NCBI GenBank assembly: GCA_965248265.1
Contig: CBDFJF010000001.1
Coordinates: 1,536,001 to 1,600,000, forward strand
Source of the DNA: Candidatus Latescibacterota bacterium
GTDB taxonomy: Bacteria; Latescibacterota; UBA2968; UBA8231
Length of the DNA: 64,000 nt
Reading direction: 5' to 3'
Part shown: one piece after another, positions 38,877 through 48,606 of the stretch
How the letters are laid out: every line of letters starts with the position of its first letter
Position numbering within the stretch: the first letter of the stretch is position 1
Translations under genes and position numbers: made by a program
The notes under the pieces: model-generated
Database searches by the model: none
What the model saw: the letters and a program-made list of their open reading frames with translations, nothing else
What the model was told of the DNA's origin: nothing

Positions 38877-39604
38877 GCTTCCACCATGTGGATATCGTCC
38901 CAGTTCAACAGCGGCCGTCCTTCGTCTGATTTGTAATCCCGATGCACTGCTTGGCCCCTGCGGGCCAGCCATTTTTCGGCGTACTTGGGACCGAACACGT
39001 TCCCGTAGTACTCGCATTTTCGCTCCCACAGCTCGACCGAAAAGCCCTTACCGAAATGCTTGATGATGCCACTCTTGTGATTCTGGTTCTGCGGCCGGTG
39101 GTGCATGATGCGCTGGTCGTTGTAGGTAAACCCGCGCAGGAATTGGTCAACCCGATAGAAAAACGGGATGTTGCGCACCTCCGGTCCCACCCATCGACGC
39201 TGTGTATAGTCCTTGTCCTCGTCTTCGGGTGTGATGTACACATCGTACCATCTGCACTCGATGACATTGACTTCGGGGAGCTGCAGCATCCCCGAGTCAA
39301 AGTCATACAGGTGTTCATCTGCATCGAAGTAAGCCAGCCAATCCCCTTCCTCGAGGAATCGCATAGCCGATCCGAATACAGCGTGTCTGTTGAACCATTC
39401 TGCTCTTTCCCTATCGGGATCGAACAGATCGCTGGTGACTACTTCGACAACCCCCGGATGCGCACGGCATATTTCAGCCGTGTCATCCGTTGAGTTATCG
39501 TCGTAGATGTGAATCCCGTCAGGACAAACCCGCGCCCACCGATCCAGAGTGTCATGGATGATGTGCGCCTCGTTGCGCACCTTCGAGACTCCGCGTACCT
39601 GCAT
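38873..39604 (-). CDS. glycosyltransferase family 2 (Glyco_tranf_2_4-like)
   Basis: VRNEAHII, IYDDNSTDDT, WLAYFDADE, IKHFG. Confidence 0.85.
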   Translation of the reverse strand: MQVRGVSKVRNEAHIIHDTLDRWARVCPDGIHIYDDNSTDDTAEICRAHPGVVEVVTSDLFDPDRERAEWFNRHAVFGSAMRFLEEGDWLAYFDADEHLYDFDSGMLQLPEVNVIECRWYDVYITPEDEDKDYTQRRWVGPEVRNIPFFYRVDQFLRGFTYNDQRIMHHRPQNQNHKSGIIKHFGKGFSVELWERKCEYYGNVFGPKYAEKWLARRGQAVHRDYKSDEGRPLLNWDDIHMVEA

Positions 39605-39607
39605 GGT

Positions 39608-40453
39608 TCAGTTGATCTGGATGTCGATGAGCACGTACTCCGTGTCCACCGCTACCGTGAGGAACTTGCCGACGAGAGGTTCTGCGAAGTTCAACAGAGA
39701 GAAATCATCCTCCGAGTTGATGGCCGCAATCTGCAGCGGCTCCGCAGCGCCATTCACGCCGTCAGACAACACGGCGATCGTACCTCCCGCGATCGTACCC
39801 GCGCTCTCATCAGCCAGAACAACTCCGTGTCCCTTACGCTGAATCCAGGCGTACTCACCGGCCGCTACATCGACCAGCGTCACGCCCTTGATCACGTCGT
39901 CGGTGCCGTTGTTGGCGATCACCAGGTTGTTGTAGGGGTGCCCGATGATGGAGCAACTCCCTTCAGAAACCAGTGCGACCGCCAAGCCTGGATCGTGGAT
40001 GACGATACCCATCACATTGGCCGTTGTCTTCGATCCAGCCTCGTGCGACTGGATCTTGTACTTGTGGCCTTCGCCGCCAGCGTCGGTGATTATCAGATAA
40101 CCACCGGCCCACTCGTTGATCAGGTCGTCCGAAGTGATGTCGGTCGTCTTGACATAGATGAGCGTATCACCAACCGCGTACGTGTCCTTCGCCGCCCCCG
40201 CAGAGTCCACGAAAGCCGCGTCAAAGGAGGTCTGAATCGCTTCAGACGCGTCCATCGCAGCGATTTTCCCCGGGCCGCATGCGCCCGAGAAATAGCTGTA
40301 CACGTACTCTGAGCCGTCGCTGGGGTCGAAACGAACAGAGCCGATAGCGCCCTGTTCGTTTGTGCTTACATCATACAGGCCCTGCGTGACGCCGTCGGAC
40401 ACTCCTCCGTAGCCAGTAAGACCGTTTGCTCCAAAATTCGTTGGGACTGCCAT
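39608..40453 (-). CDS. capsid decoration/cement-like protein
   Basis: Directly after the capsid gene; acidic, A/G/T-rich; GEYAWIQRKG motif. Confidence 0.55.
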   Translation of the reverse strand: MAVPTNFGANGLTGYGGVSDGVTQGLYDVSTNEQGAIGSVRFDPSDGSEYVYSYFSGACGPGKIAAMDASEAIQTSFDAAFVDSAGAAKDTYAVGDTLIYVKTTDITSDDLINEWAGGYLIITDAGGEGHKYKIQSHEAGSKTTANVMGIVIHDPGLAVALVSEGSCSIIGHPYNNLVIANNGTDDVIKGVTLVDVAAGEYAWIQRKGHGVVLADESAGTIAGGTIAVLSDGVNGAAEPLQIAAINSEDDFSLLNFAEPLVGKFLTVAVDTEYVLIDIQIN

Positions 40454-40522
40454 TGTTCTTCTCCCTTTCTACCCCTATGGGTAGGGTTCAGGGGTGCATT
40501 GGTTTGCTCCCCGAAAGGTGGT

Positions 40523-41527
40523 TTATGCTCCGGTGAGTGCCGTAGCTACGCCGTTCTCACGCCGCCGGAATGTGGTTGTGGTTACACCCGCCACGACATA
40601 CGCGAGCTGGGCGAGTTGCCCGTTGGACTGCAGAGTCACAAACGGCGTCTTCCGGTAGTTGACCCGGCGCATGATGTTCATGACAACGCCGGCGTCTTCC
40701 TTCGACGACCCTGGTACCATGTAGCTGTGCAGTGCCGTGCAGTCGTTGTCCGCCAGCAGTTTGTAGCCGTAGAAGGGCGGATGGTAATCCCCCCCAATAC
40801 CGCGGGCATTCTCGACTGCCGTACGTGCGTAGCCCTGCGAGGACAGCGCGATGCGATACGCCTTGGCGATGCTCCAGGTGGTGAAAATGCGCCCCTTAGG
40901 TGAGGCTCCCTGGATCATGATCAGATCGAGTAGGTCGTTCCACACGTCGATCCCATCGAAGACGTTGGTTGCGGTCTGTGTCAAAAACGTCTTTGCGTCC
41001 GTGACGCGCTGGTTGTCCCAGACCGTGGTGTTGCCGGAATTGACGCCGCCGATAGTGGCGCCGGACGCATCCGCGATCAGGTCAGGAAAGCCCAGAATGT
41101 TCTTACCGGCTTGCGCTGTGTAAAAATCCTCGTTCTGGGCTTTGAGAAGACTCTGCATGGAGTTGTTCCCCAGCATCATCATCTCGTCGTACACCTTTTC
41201 AGGACCGGAGTTTTCCCACCCCTCGGTGTCTGAAAGGATGACCGGGCAGTAGTAATAGCGCTTGTTGTAAAAAACGCCCTCTGCCGGGTTGATCGGCGCC
41301 TTGTTCAGCGTGTCATACTCTGAAAACGACCCCGCTGTGTTGCCGCTGGTCTCGATGTGGCCCTGGATGCCACGCCCTCCGCTGTCAACCATCTTGAGAG
41401 CGGATTTCTTGAACTCATTTACCGTGGTGTACTTCTCGAAGAAGTTGTTCACCACGTCCGGCCTGACGGATCGACGCGTTGCCGTCCAGTGTGTATCCGC
41501 CACTTCGGAAAGTGTTTGTGCAGCCAT
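40523..41527 (-). CDS. major capsid protein
   Basis: 334 aa after the scaffold gene; GGRGI, YDTL, GFPDLI..TIGGVN pattern. Confidence 0.75.
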   Translation of the reverse strand: MAAQTLSEVADTHWTATRRSVRPDVVNNFFEKYTTVNEFKKSALKMVDSGGRGIQGHIETSGNTAGSFSEYDTLNKAPINPAEGVFYNKRYYYCPVILSDTEGWENSGPEKVYDEMMMLGNNSMQSLLKAQNEDFYTAQAGKNILGFPDLIADASGATIGGVNSGNTTVWDNQRVTDAKTFLTQTATNVFDGIDVWNDLLDLIMIQGASPKGRIFTTWSIAKAYRIALSSQGYARTAVENARGIGGDYHPPFYGYKLLADNDCTALHSYMVPGSSKEDAGVVMNIMRRVNYRKTPFVTLQSNGQLAQLAYVVAGVTTTTFRRRENGVATALTGA

Positions 41528-41575
41528 GTCTTGGACCTTCTATTGAAAGCCCGCGACCGTTCATCTACACGCTTG

Positions 41576-42556
41576 CTACCCCGGCATTGTCGAGCCGATT
41601 ACCGCTATCGCCTGCTCAGGTGACAGCGGCCCGGTATCGGCCGGAACTGTCGGACCCGCAGGAGCAGCGCCTGACGCCGCACTGACTTTCGCTTGCCTTG
41701 CGGCCTGGCGATTGCCGTTTTGCGCGGCTCTAACCTCCTCCAATGATCGACCTGAGAATTGCGCCACCAACTCGGGCACCGTCCACGGCTTCTCCGTCTG
41801 CGGATTAACCGCGCCGTCCCGAATCAATGGGTAAATACTCTGGCCGTATAGTTGAGTAGTTTCAACGCCGAACAGCTTGTGCGCCTCCTCTGTCTGCTTC
41901 TGCACTTCAGCGAAAAGGGCTTTTTGATCCCTCTCCTTGTTCTGCTGAAGCGACTCAGATGCGCTGCGAATCTGAGGCTCGTACTGGTCCAAGCGTTCCT
42001 TCGTCTGGGCCAACTCGCGTTGCAACTGATCGTTGGTTTCAGCGATCTGGGCCAGCACCTCAAGGCCAGCACGTTCAGCCGGCAGCATCTGCGGATCAGC
42101 GGCAATCACAGCACGCGCCTGTTGGGCAACCGTGCTTTGCTGCTGCTCTGGAACACCGGGCTTCTGAAGCTGTTGCATCGTCTCCAGAAACTGTTGACGC
42201 TCCTGTGCCATCTGCTGCTCACGAACCTCAAGCTGGCGCATACGTTCGGTATGCTCTGCGGCGTCCTGCTGCCGCTTGCGCGTGTAGTCTTCGTGTCGCA
42301 GGTAGCCGCGCTCTTGCTCCTCTTTGTCGGGCGCGGCTTCGGAATCAACGGAATCAGGCGAAGCGTCCTTCGCTTCGTCGTCTTTCGCCTCGTCCGATTG
42401 TCCTGTGGCGGGCTCAGGGGCTCCAGGCGCCTTGTCCATCTCTACCAGCTGCGGGCCGTCAGACGCAGAGGTCTGTTCCGGCTTGTCGCCTCCGGTATCT
42501 GCTGGGGGCTCCGATGCTTGTCCCAATGCTTCGCCCATCGGGTCGTACTCGGCCAT
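41576..42556 (-). CDS. capsid scaffolding protein
   Basis: Acidic disordered N-terminus, GYLRHEDYTRKRQ scaffold motif, coiled coil. Confidence 0.8.
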   Translation of the reverse strand: MAEYDPMGEALGQASEPPADTGGDKPEQTSASDGPQLVEMDKAPGAPEPATGQSDEAKDDEAKDASPDSVDSEAAPDKEEQERGYLRHEDYTRKRQQDAAEHTERMRQLEVREQQMAQERQQFLETMQQLQKPGVPEQQQSTVAQQARAVIAADPQMLPAERAGLEVLAQIAETNDQLQRELAQTKERLDQYEPQIRSASESLQQNKERDQKALFAEVQKQTEEAHKLFGVETTQLYGQSIYPLIRDGAVNPQTEKPWTVPELVAQFSGRSLEEVRAAQNGNRQAARQAKVSAASGAAPAGPTVPADTGPLSPEQAIAVIGSTMPG

Positions 42557-42582
42557 GCGTTACTGCCTCTCTGTTAAGGGCC

Positions 42583-43077
42583 TCACTCTTCGAACGAGAC
42601 CCAACTCTCCAACATCTGCTCTCGCGCCTGACCAGTGTTTTTCCGATCAATACGCGGATTGCTATGCAACTTCTCGGTCAATTCCTTGACCATTTCGTCT
42701 TCGTCCATCCCCTCCATCACGCCCACATCCGGGCTTCGAGCACTCATATCCTCGCCGCGCTCTTGTGGACCGTCGTTCATGATGTCGTCCAGCCTCTCAG
42801 GGCCGCCGACCTCAACCAGCCCTTTCTCCTTCAACAACTGCTGCTTGTGATCGTAGGACTTGACCACGCACCCGAACTGTGGGTCCACGCCGCGACCGTA
42901 GAGCGTCGAAACGGTGTTGTGAATGCCGTTGGTATGGGCCATTTCCCACGATGCGCGCCCCTTACAGCCTTCCTGACGACAGCCGATCGTCTTCGGGATC
43001 TTCGCTGACAGGATCGGCTCCGCGTCATAGAGGTGACCGCAGGAGTTGCAGCGAAATGTCCAGAGACGGAGGCCCAT
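42583..43077 (-). CDS. FmdB-like zinc-ribbon protein
   Basis: WTFRCNSCGH...CRQEGC. Confidence 0.65.
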   Translation of the reverse strand: MGLRLWTFRCNSCGHLYDAEPILSAKIPKTIGCRQEGCKGRASWEMAHTNGIHNTVSTLYGRGVDPQFGCVVKSYDHKQQLLKEKGLVEVGGPERLDDIMNDGPQERGEDMSARSPDVGVMEGMDEDEMVKELTEKLHSNPRIDRKNTGQAREQMLESWVSFEE

Positions 43078-43322
43078 TACTCGCCTCTCTCTCGCTGAAA
43101 AAGCGTTGTGCAGGGCAAAACGTGGAAATCCCGCGGCGGTTGCTCGGAGTCGGAAAATCCCCGGATAATGAGGATGTCCTGAGTGCCATGCGGAGGGGCA
43201 ACCTCCACAGCCGTGACAACGAAGTCTTCCGGCACGCTACTCTTGTCAAAGGTTTCCCATGACTCCTTGATCCAACCCTGAATTGCCACTCGCGGGATCG
43301 CGAAATGAATAGGACCAACCAT
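43077..43322 (-). CDS. phage hypothetical protein
   Basis: Packed into the late operon with an overlap. Confidence 0.55.
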   Translation of the reverse strand: MVGPIHFAIPRVAIQGWIKESWETFDKSSVPEDFVVTAVEVAPPHGTQDILIIRGFSDSEQPPRDFHVLPCTTLFQRERGE

Positions 43323-43324
43323 CG

Positions 43325-43549
43325 CTATGCCGTTTTAGCCAGCCTCGACAGAGCACGACGCTGAGCAGCAGAGAGCAGATATGCGGTGGTGTCCTGGAAG
43401 TTGGTTTCCTGAAAACCGTCTACGACCTCCTGGATTTGATCGCGTATCGTTTGGAGGTCAGCCTGCCCACTGGAAACCGCCTGCTCCAATTCCTGCACTC
43501 TTGAAGCCTGCTCGTCATGCTCTTCTACAGCTGCTTTGTTCTTTGCCAT
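43325..43549 (-). CDS. phage hypothetical protein
   Basis: Coiled-coil-like, in operon. Confidence 0.55.
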   Translation of the reverse strand: MAKNKAAVEEHDEQASRVQELEQAVSSGQADLQTIRDQIQEVVDGFQETNFQDTTAYLLSAAQRRALSRLAKTA

Positions 43550-43555
43550 CTGAAG

Positions 43556-43768
43556 TCAATCCTCTGTGAAGTCCCATTGCTGGGCGGTCTCAGTGAACCA
43601 CGTTTCAGCCTCTTCCAGGCTGTTCACGCGGGTGCTCTCTTCCTTATGCGGCATTTTGCCCTTGCGCCACGATAGCCAGACACGCCAACAGGGCTCCGGA
43701 CGGCTGTCGAGGTCCGACACCAGCTTGATGTACCAGCCTGAGTTGATCAGGGCGTCGAGGGCTGTCAT
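43556..43768 (-). CDS. phage hypothetical protein
   Basis: ATGA overlap with the portal stop. Confidence 0.55.
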   Translation of the reverse strand: MTALDALINSGWYIKLVSDLDSRPEPCWRVWLSWRKGKMPHKEESTRVNSLEEAETWFTETAQQWDFTED

Positions 43769-45972
43769 GTCTGCTGCTCCTGCCTGAACTCCGCTTCCGC
43801 GGCCTGTGCGGTTTCCTGCGCGTTGCTACGCACCTGGCCGATTATCCCTTGCGGAACGTCGCCGCCCCCAACAGAGGCCGGTCGACCCTGTGTCTGCGCC
43901 TGGCGCTCGGCCAAGGCCTGTTCATGTGCTTGTTGGTGCTGAAATGCCAGAGTGTCGATCTGCTGTAAGGCGAGAGCCGCATGCGGATCAGCGGGGCGCC
44001 CATCAAACGACATCTGCTGAGAGCGAATGGCAAGCTCCTGATACTGCTCGTGATTGCGATACTCCGGCAGTATCTGCAAATGGGCCTGATGGTCCTGTTC
44101 TGGCAGGACGCCAGGGTCCTGGAACTGAGTAACGATCAGCACGTTCTCCAGCTGCTGCGCCCTCTGCTCTGCCGGGTTGACGTCGTCGATCATCAGCTTT
44201 TCTACATCCGCCACATCAAACCCCTCGGCCATCTGCTTAGCGAGCTCGCGACGGTCAAAAACGTCTGTCAGCTGAATCGCCCTATCAAAAAAGGCCAGGA
44301 ATTTATCCTGCTGCAGCTGCTTGAACAGGGGCTGCATTGACCCAGCCTGCACGGAAATGCGGTACTTCCACAGGAAATCAGAGGTCCGCAGAGTACGCGT
44401 GAACCGTCGCTGGCCGTCAGGTGCAACATTTTGCTGGAAGGCTTCGGGCGTGTAGCGGTAGTCACCCATGATCGTGAACGCAGAACGGGCCATGCTGGTG
44501 TAGACCTCACTTACCGCTGCCTCGCCCCATTGCTCGTTGACCTCCGCCGCCGCGCCGATCAGCGCCGCCTGCGTAGCCGTCATGCCGCCGGTGTCTTGTA
44601 TCTGCCTGGTCCGAGCGAAGCGGTCGATGTGGAAGCGCAGCAGCTCTTCATGCTGCTGCTGCCCCTGACTCGGACCTCCCCAGTCGGCCTCCTTCCAATT
44701 GTCCTTGTTGGGCACGAACACGATCTCCCCGTCCTCTGCCCGACGCACGGCGTCTCCGACGCCCGCTTCCTGCGCCCCCTCTTTCTCGGACTCATTGGCA
44801 ATGATGAAACGAGAACCGCGCTTCAACTGCGACGACGACCTCGACAGCGATTCGATCACGCCGTCCTGCAGATCCTTGAGATACGACAGGTGCGCGTTCG
44901 GGTAGTAGGACATCGGATGCACGTCCAGCTTGGTGATGACGAAGGGAAAGCCATGCTGGACCAGCCAGCCACGAGCAGGAGTGCCGATCTCACCGTCGGC
45001 ATGCTTCGTCTCCAGGTCCACGATCGGGTCACCTGTCTCGTCGAACATTGGCTGCTCGCCCCATTCGCCGGTCTCAGGGTCCGCCCCCAGCTGCGTGCGT
45101 TGCGTATAAGCCCGACGCATGAACGGGTGCGGGACCTCCTTGATCGGCTCGTCGACGCCAGGCGAGAACATGATGAGCCGCCGCGGATCTTTCTTGCTCT
45201 CTGACCCTGGCACGTGCGTACGACAGTGAATTCGATCCACCAGCACGAACTCGCCGTTCTCGATCGCTTCCTGCAGCGCTTTCTGCTCGGCGGGCATGGT
45301 ACGGGCGTCGTCCATCGTCTCCCCGAAGCCCAGCTTGTCGTCACCGCCCTTGCCGGTAGCCTTGATCTTGTCGCGATGCTGGATGCTCTTGTCGTCTTTG
45401 AGGTACTTCAGCGGCACCCACATCTTCTCGCGCACGTAGCGACCGTGACCGAACTGATGCGGGGGCAGCGTTGGGTCCAAATGCACGAAGAAAGGAGGTC
45501 GGCGGTTGAAACTCACCAGATCCTCAGCGTCAGGATCGTTGGCCGACCACGGCGCGATGATGTCATCGCCGGGGGGATTGATGTCGATACCGATCTTGCC
45601 CAACCGGCAAAACAGCGCGTCAACGATGCTCTGCTGCACGTGCGCCTTGGTATCCGTGATCTCGAACAGGCTCTTTGATGCCCGCTCCAGCAAGCTTTCG
45701 ACGTCGATGCCCTCCACGTCCTGTACCTCGTCGTCGGTCACCTCGAAGAACAGCCGCGGATAGTTGAAAGCGACTGTGGCGACCACCTCCCTGACGACGG
45801 GTTGAAACTCAGAGACCTTCATCAGCTCGGTCTGCTTCAAGTCGCGCACCCGACGGCGGAACTCGAGGTCAAACATCTCGACCAGATCCTTGGCCTGCCG
45901 CTGGCGCTCCTCGTACAGCGTGTCCAAGCTGGCCATTTCGGCCCGCCAGAATTTGATTTCGGCCGCTTTCAA
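43765..45972 (-). CDS. portal protein
   Basis: About 735 aa between TerL and scaffold; TATQAA and YRISVQAGS motifs, Q-rich C-terminus; TTG start overlaps the upstream stop. Confidence 0.75.
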   Translation of the reverse strand: MKAAEIKFWRAEMASLDTLYEERQRQAKDLVEMFDLEFRRRVRDLKQTELMKVSEFQPVVREVVATVAFNYPRLFFEVTDDEVQDVEGIDVESLLERASKSLFEITDTKAHVQQSIVDALFCRLGKIGIDINPPGDDIIAPWSANDPDAEDLVSFNRRPPFFVHLDPTLPPHQFGHGRYVREKMWVPLKYLKDDKSIQHRDKIKATGKGGDDKLGFGETMDDARTMPAEQKALQEAIENGEFVLVDRIHCRTHVPGSESKKDPRRLIMFSPGVDEPIKEVPHPFMRRAYTQRTQLGADPETGEWGEQPMFDETGDPIVDLETKHADGEIGTPARGWLVQHGFPFVITKLDVHPMSYYPNAHLSYLKDLQDGVIESLSRSSSQLKRGSRFIIANESEKEGAQEAGVGDAVRRAEDGEIVFVPNKDNWKEADWGGPSQGQQQHEELLRFHIDRFARTRQIQDTGGMTATQAALIGAAAEVNEQWGEAAVSEVYTSMARSAFTIMGDYRYTPEAFQQNVAPDGQRRFTRTLRTSDFLWKYRISVQAGSMQPLFKQLQQDKFLAFFDRAIQLTDVFDRRELAKQMAEGFDVADVEKLMIDDVNPAEQRAQQLENVLIVTQFQDPGVLPEQDHQAHLQILPEYRNHEQYQELAIRSQQMSFDGRPADPHAALALQQIDTLAFQHQQAHEQALAERQAQTQGRPASVGGGDVPQGIIGQVRSNAQETAQAAEAEFRQEQQT

Positions 45973-46247
45973 TTCACACTCCCGTTGTCGGGCAAAGACA
46001 GACCGCCCGGTATGGACGTCGCCGGCATGATGCGCTGCATCTGGATCTTGATGCCCGCGTGATCGGCAAGGCGCTTGAGCGCCGCCATGACTTGGGGTGC
46101 GTGGCCAGGCGGCATCTGAGCCCCACCCAACACGACAAGACTGACGACGGTCATAACCAGCGTCATATCCGCCACCCACATATCTCCAGGATCAGCCTCT
46201 TCGTCGGGGGCATCCGGTTCTTGCGGGAATTCGAGCTCGTCCGTCAC
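45969..46247 (-). CDS. small phage protein with a hydrophobic segment
   Basis: GTGA overlap with the TerL stop. Confidence 0.55.
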   Translation of the reverse strand: MTDELEFPQEPDAPDEEADPGDMWVADMTLVMTVVSLVVLGGAQMPPGHAPQVMAALKRLADHAGIKIQMQRIMPATSIPGGLSLPDNGSVN

Positions 46248-47629
46248 GCTATCGCTCTCCCTTGTTCGTCCATCTGCATGAGTGCATCGAGGACTGCCTT
46301 GCCCGTGTTCGGCGCCGTCACCGTCTTCTTCTTTGCCGGACGAGGCTTGTAGACGTGGTTTATGCCGTATCGCAACCCGTCGTAGGGGTGATCGTTCCCG
46401 CCCTTCAACACGTCCTCAGGATCGTGTGGGTCTCGCATCACAGTGCCCAAGCTCTCAAGCACATGTTCCGTCTTACCGCGGAAAAACTTGAGGCGGCCGG
46501 CGTAGAGCAGATCCTTGACGTTGCGAGCTCCGTTGACCCGCTCCATGTTGGCGCGAGTAAGGTGGATGCCCTGCTTGACGAAGCTGTCTACTGGAGCTGC
46601 CGCCTGGGTAGCCTCTCCTGGCTTGCGCTTCGTCCACATATCGTGAGGAGCCAGATGGAGCCGGCAACGGTCTTTGCGCAGACGGAAGTAGTTGTCGAGC
46701 ATCGCCAGGACACCGCGCGCATGATCGGCACCACCTGCATCTTCTCTGTAGTACTCGTCCACGACATAGACATTCCAGTCGGAGTCAACAGCGAGTAGCC
46801 CGCACCACGTCGCCATACTCTCGCCGTAATCCATGCAAGTGAAATGAGCCCAGCCCTCGGGAATCTCGAACGAGTCTTCCTCGACTTCAGAGCGCCGGAA
46901 CATGGAGAAGTAGGCCCCGACGATGGCATCCCAGTCACCCTCCAACCAGCCCTTGATCAGCTCAGGATCACCGACTCCCCTGAGCCTGTCGATGTAGCCG
47001 GGGTCCGCCTGGAGCCCTATGCGGTTATCCTTGACCTTGGAGGGGATGAACATGCGAGTGGTCTTGGTAGCGTCGTCTCTGATCAGGTGGTATCCGTATT
47101 TGTGGGTATTGATCTGGAAATACTCTTTGATCTCGGCGTGACAGCGACCACCAGGGTTACCAGTAGCGCGAATGCGCTTGTTGCGCGCAGGGCCTCTGAG
47201 GCGTGACTTCATGCGGTGGTAAGGCTTCATGGTCTCATGCAGAGGGAGTTCGTCCCAGCCAATCCAGGAATAGGAAAACCCCATGTACTTGGTGAAGTCA
47301 TTGATCGAGTCGAGGCTTCTGAGCCTGAGCACAGCCCCGTCAGGCCAACGCCAAGTCTTAGTGCCGACCTGATACTCAGCACCCATCTGAGGGAAGATTT
47401 GCAGCGCACACTCGATGATCTCTTCGAGCTCGGGGAACGACTGGCGGAACAGGATGCCAACCCAGTCTGAACCTTGATCGACGTCTGAAGCGAAGTCACC
47501 GAGAAGGAACTGCGTCTTGCCCCCGAAGACGGCGCCGCCGTAGAAGAGTTCGTCACAGAAGCTGGCCGTGGCACAGGCATCTGACTGAGGACCGGGCTGC
47601 GGACTCCAGCAGTAGCGGTCACTTTCCAT
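46244..47629 (-). CDS. terL: terminase large subunit
   Basis: PQPGPQ, YGGAVFGGKT Walker A, IGWDE Walker B, ATGNPGG, MDYG, DHPYDGLRY. Confidence 0.93.
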   Translation of the reverse strand: MESDRYCWSPQPGPQSDACATASFCDELFYGGAVFGGKTQFLLGDFASDVDQGSDWVGILFRQSFPELEEIIECALQIFPQMGAEYQVGTKTWRWPDGAVLRLRSLDSINDFTKYMGFSYSWIGWDELPLHETMKPYHRMKSRLRGPARNKRIRATGNPGGRCHAEIKEYFQINTHKYGYHLIRDDATKTTRMFIPSKVKDNRIGLQADPGYIDRLRGVGDPELIKGWLEGDWDAIVGAYFSMFRRSEVEEDSFEIPEGWAHFTCMDYGESMATWCGLLAVDSDWNVYVVDEYYREDAGGADHARGVLAMLDNYFRLRKDRCRLHLAPHDMWTKRKPGEATQAAAPVDSFVKQGIHLTRANMERVNGARNVKDLLYAGRLKFFRGKTEHVLESLGTVMRDPHDPEDVLKGGNDHPYDGLRYGINHVYKPRPAKKKTVTAPNTGKAVLDALMQMDEQGRAIA

Positions 47630-48221
47630 TGCTCCCGACTGCCGCCATCTCGCCGTAGACGTGACCCATCCGCTGCTCTATCCAGTCCTCGTAGGACTCA
47701 GGCCGCGGCGGGCTATCAACCTGCCGATGCTCAATGCTTCCCGATATCTCCACCTTCTGCCGATCCACGAACATGTTCAGATGCTTCGCGAGACTATCCA
47801 GTGCTGATATCTTGCTGTGGAGCTTGAAACGTGTCTTCTTCACCAATGGCGCATTCTCGCCGGCGCCGTCCACATACTCCTCTTGCACTATCTCTGAGAT
47901 TGCTCGAGTGGCCCCTTCCGACATTGCACTCCAGTCGAAATACACCATCCCGTTGTCTTCGAGGCGCAGGTAGTTGCTGATGTCGGCGAAAGCGATGGCG
48001 GCATACTCCTCAAGCACGCGATCGACGGTGATCTGGGTGCGTTCGGAGACCACGGCCCTGGCTTCGGCGATCGCAGCCGCTATTACTGGTTTGTGGAGGT
48101 TCTCCGTCCCGATTTTATGTGCCGTCCTCGGACTGTATCCGGCCCGCTTCGCCGCCTGGGTCGCGTTCAAATCGACGAGGTACTCCTCGACGAAACGCTG
48201 CTGTTTGGGGGTGAGCTTCAT
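47619..48221 (-). CDS. terS: terminase small subunit
   Basis: LTPKQQRFVEEYLVDLNATQAAKRAGYS...KLHSKISALDSLAKHLNMF. Confidence 0.95.
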   Translation of the reverse strand: MKLTPKQQRFVEEYLVDLNATQAAKRAGYSPRTAHKIGTENLHKPVIAAAIAEARAVVSERTQITVDRVLEEYAAIAFADISNYLRLEDNGMVYFDWSAMSEGATRAISEIVQEEYVDGAGENAPLVKKTRFKLHSKISALDSLAKHLNMFVDRQKVEISGSIEHRQVDSPPRPESYEDWIEQRMGHVYGEMAAVGSNGK

Positions 48222-48225
48222 GGTT

Positions 48226-48300
48226 TGGTAGCAGGGACGGGATTCGAACCCGCGACCTTCTGGTTATGAGCCAGACGAGATACCGTTTCTCTACCCTGCA
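48226..48300 (-). tRNA. tRNA-Met(CAT), initiator-like
   Basis: TGCAGGG TA GAGA AACGGTA TCTC G TCTGG CTCATAA CCAGA AGGTC GCGGG TTCGAAT CCCGT CCCTGCT ACCA; 1:72 mismatch and A11:U24. Confidence 0.93.
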
Positions 48301-48606
48301 TCATAAATCGACCTCGAGATGTACGTGTGTTGGCTCCCGCACCACATCGAAATCAGGATTGAGCTCCTGCAGATCGATCACGATGTAGTCGATTTCCTCG
48401 TTGGTCAGATGCCAGATGCGACAGTCGATAGCCAGATTCACGTAGTGCTTGGAGTGATCGGAGTGCTTGCCGTCGCAACCGGCCGTGATGACAAACTCAA
48501 AATCAGGATGCGACGCATGCCAGTTGAAGATGGCCTCGATATTGGGCAGATATCGAACGATCTCCTGCCGGAGAAAGCGTATGTCGACGCCGTCTTTGAG
48601 CTTCAT
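48301..48606 (-). CDS. peptidase M15-type endolysin-like protein
   Basis: ITAG.DGKH...SKHY..LAID...HVHLE zinc motif (H-x6-D, HxH). Confidence 0.8.
   Translation of the reverse strand: MKLKDGVDIRFLRQEIVRYLPNIEAIFNWHASHPDFEFVITAGCDGKHSDHSKHYVNLAIDCRIWHLTNEEIDYIVIDLQELNPDFDVVREPTHVHLEVDL

Noticed and set aside
37189-39604. gtrABC-type serotype conversion cassette
   Set aside because: No flippase or membrane GT; the genes are coupled within the late structural operon.
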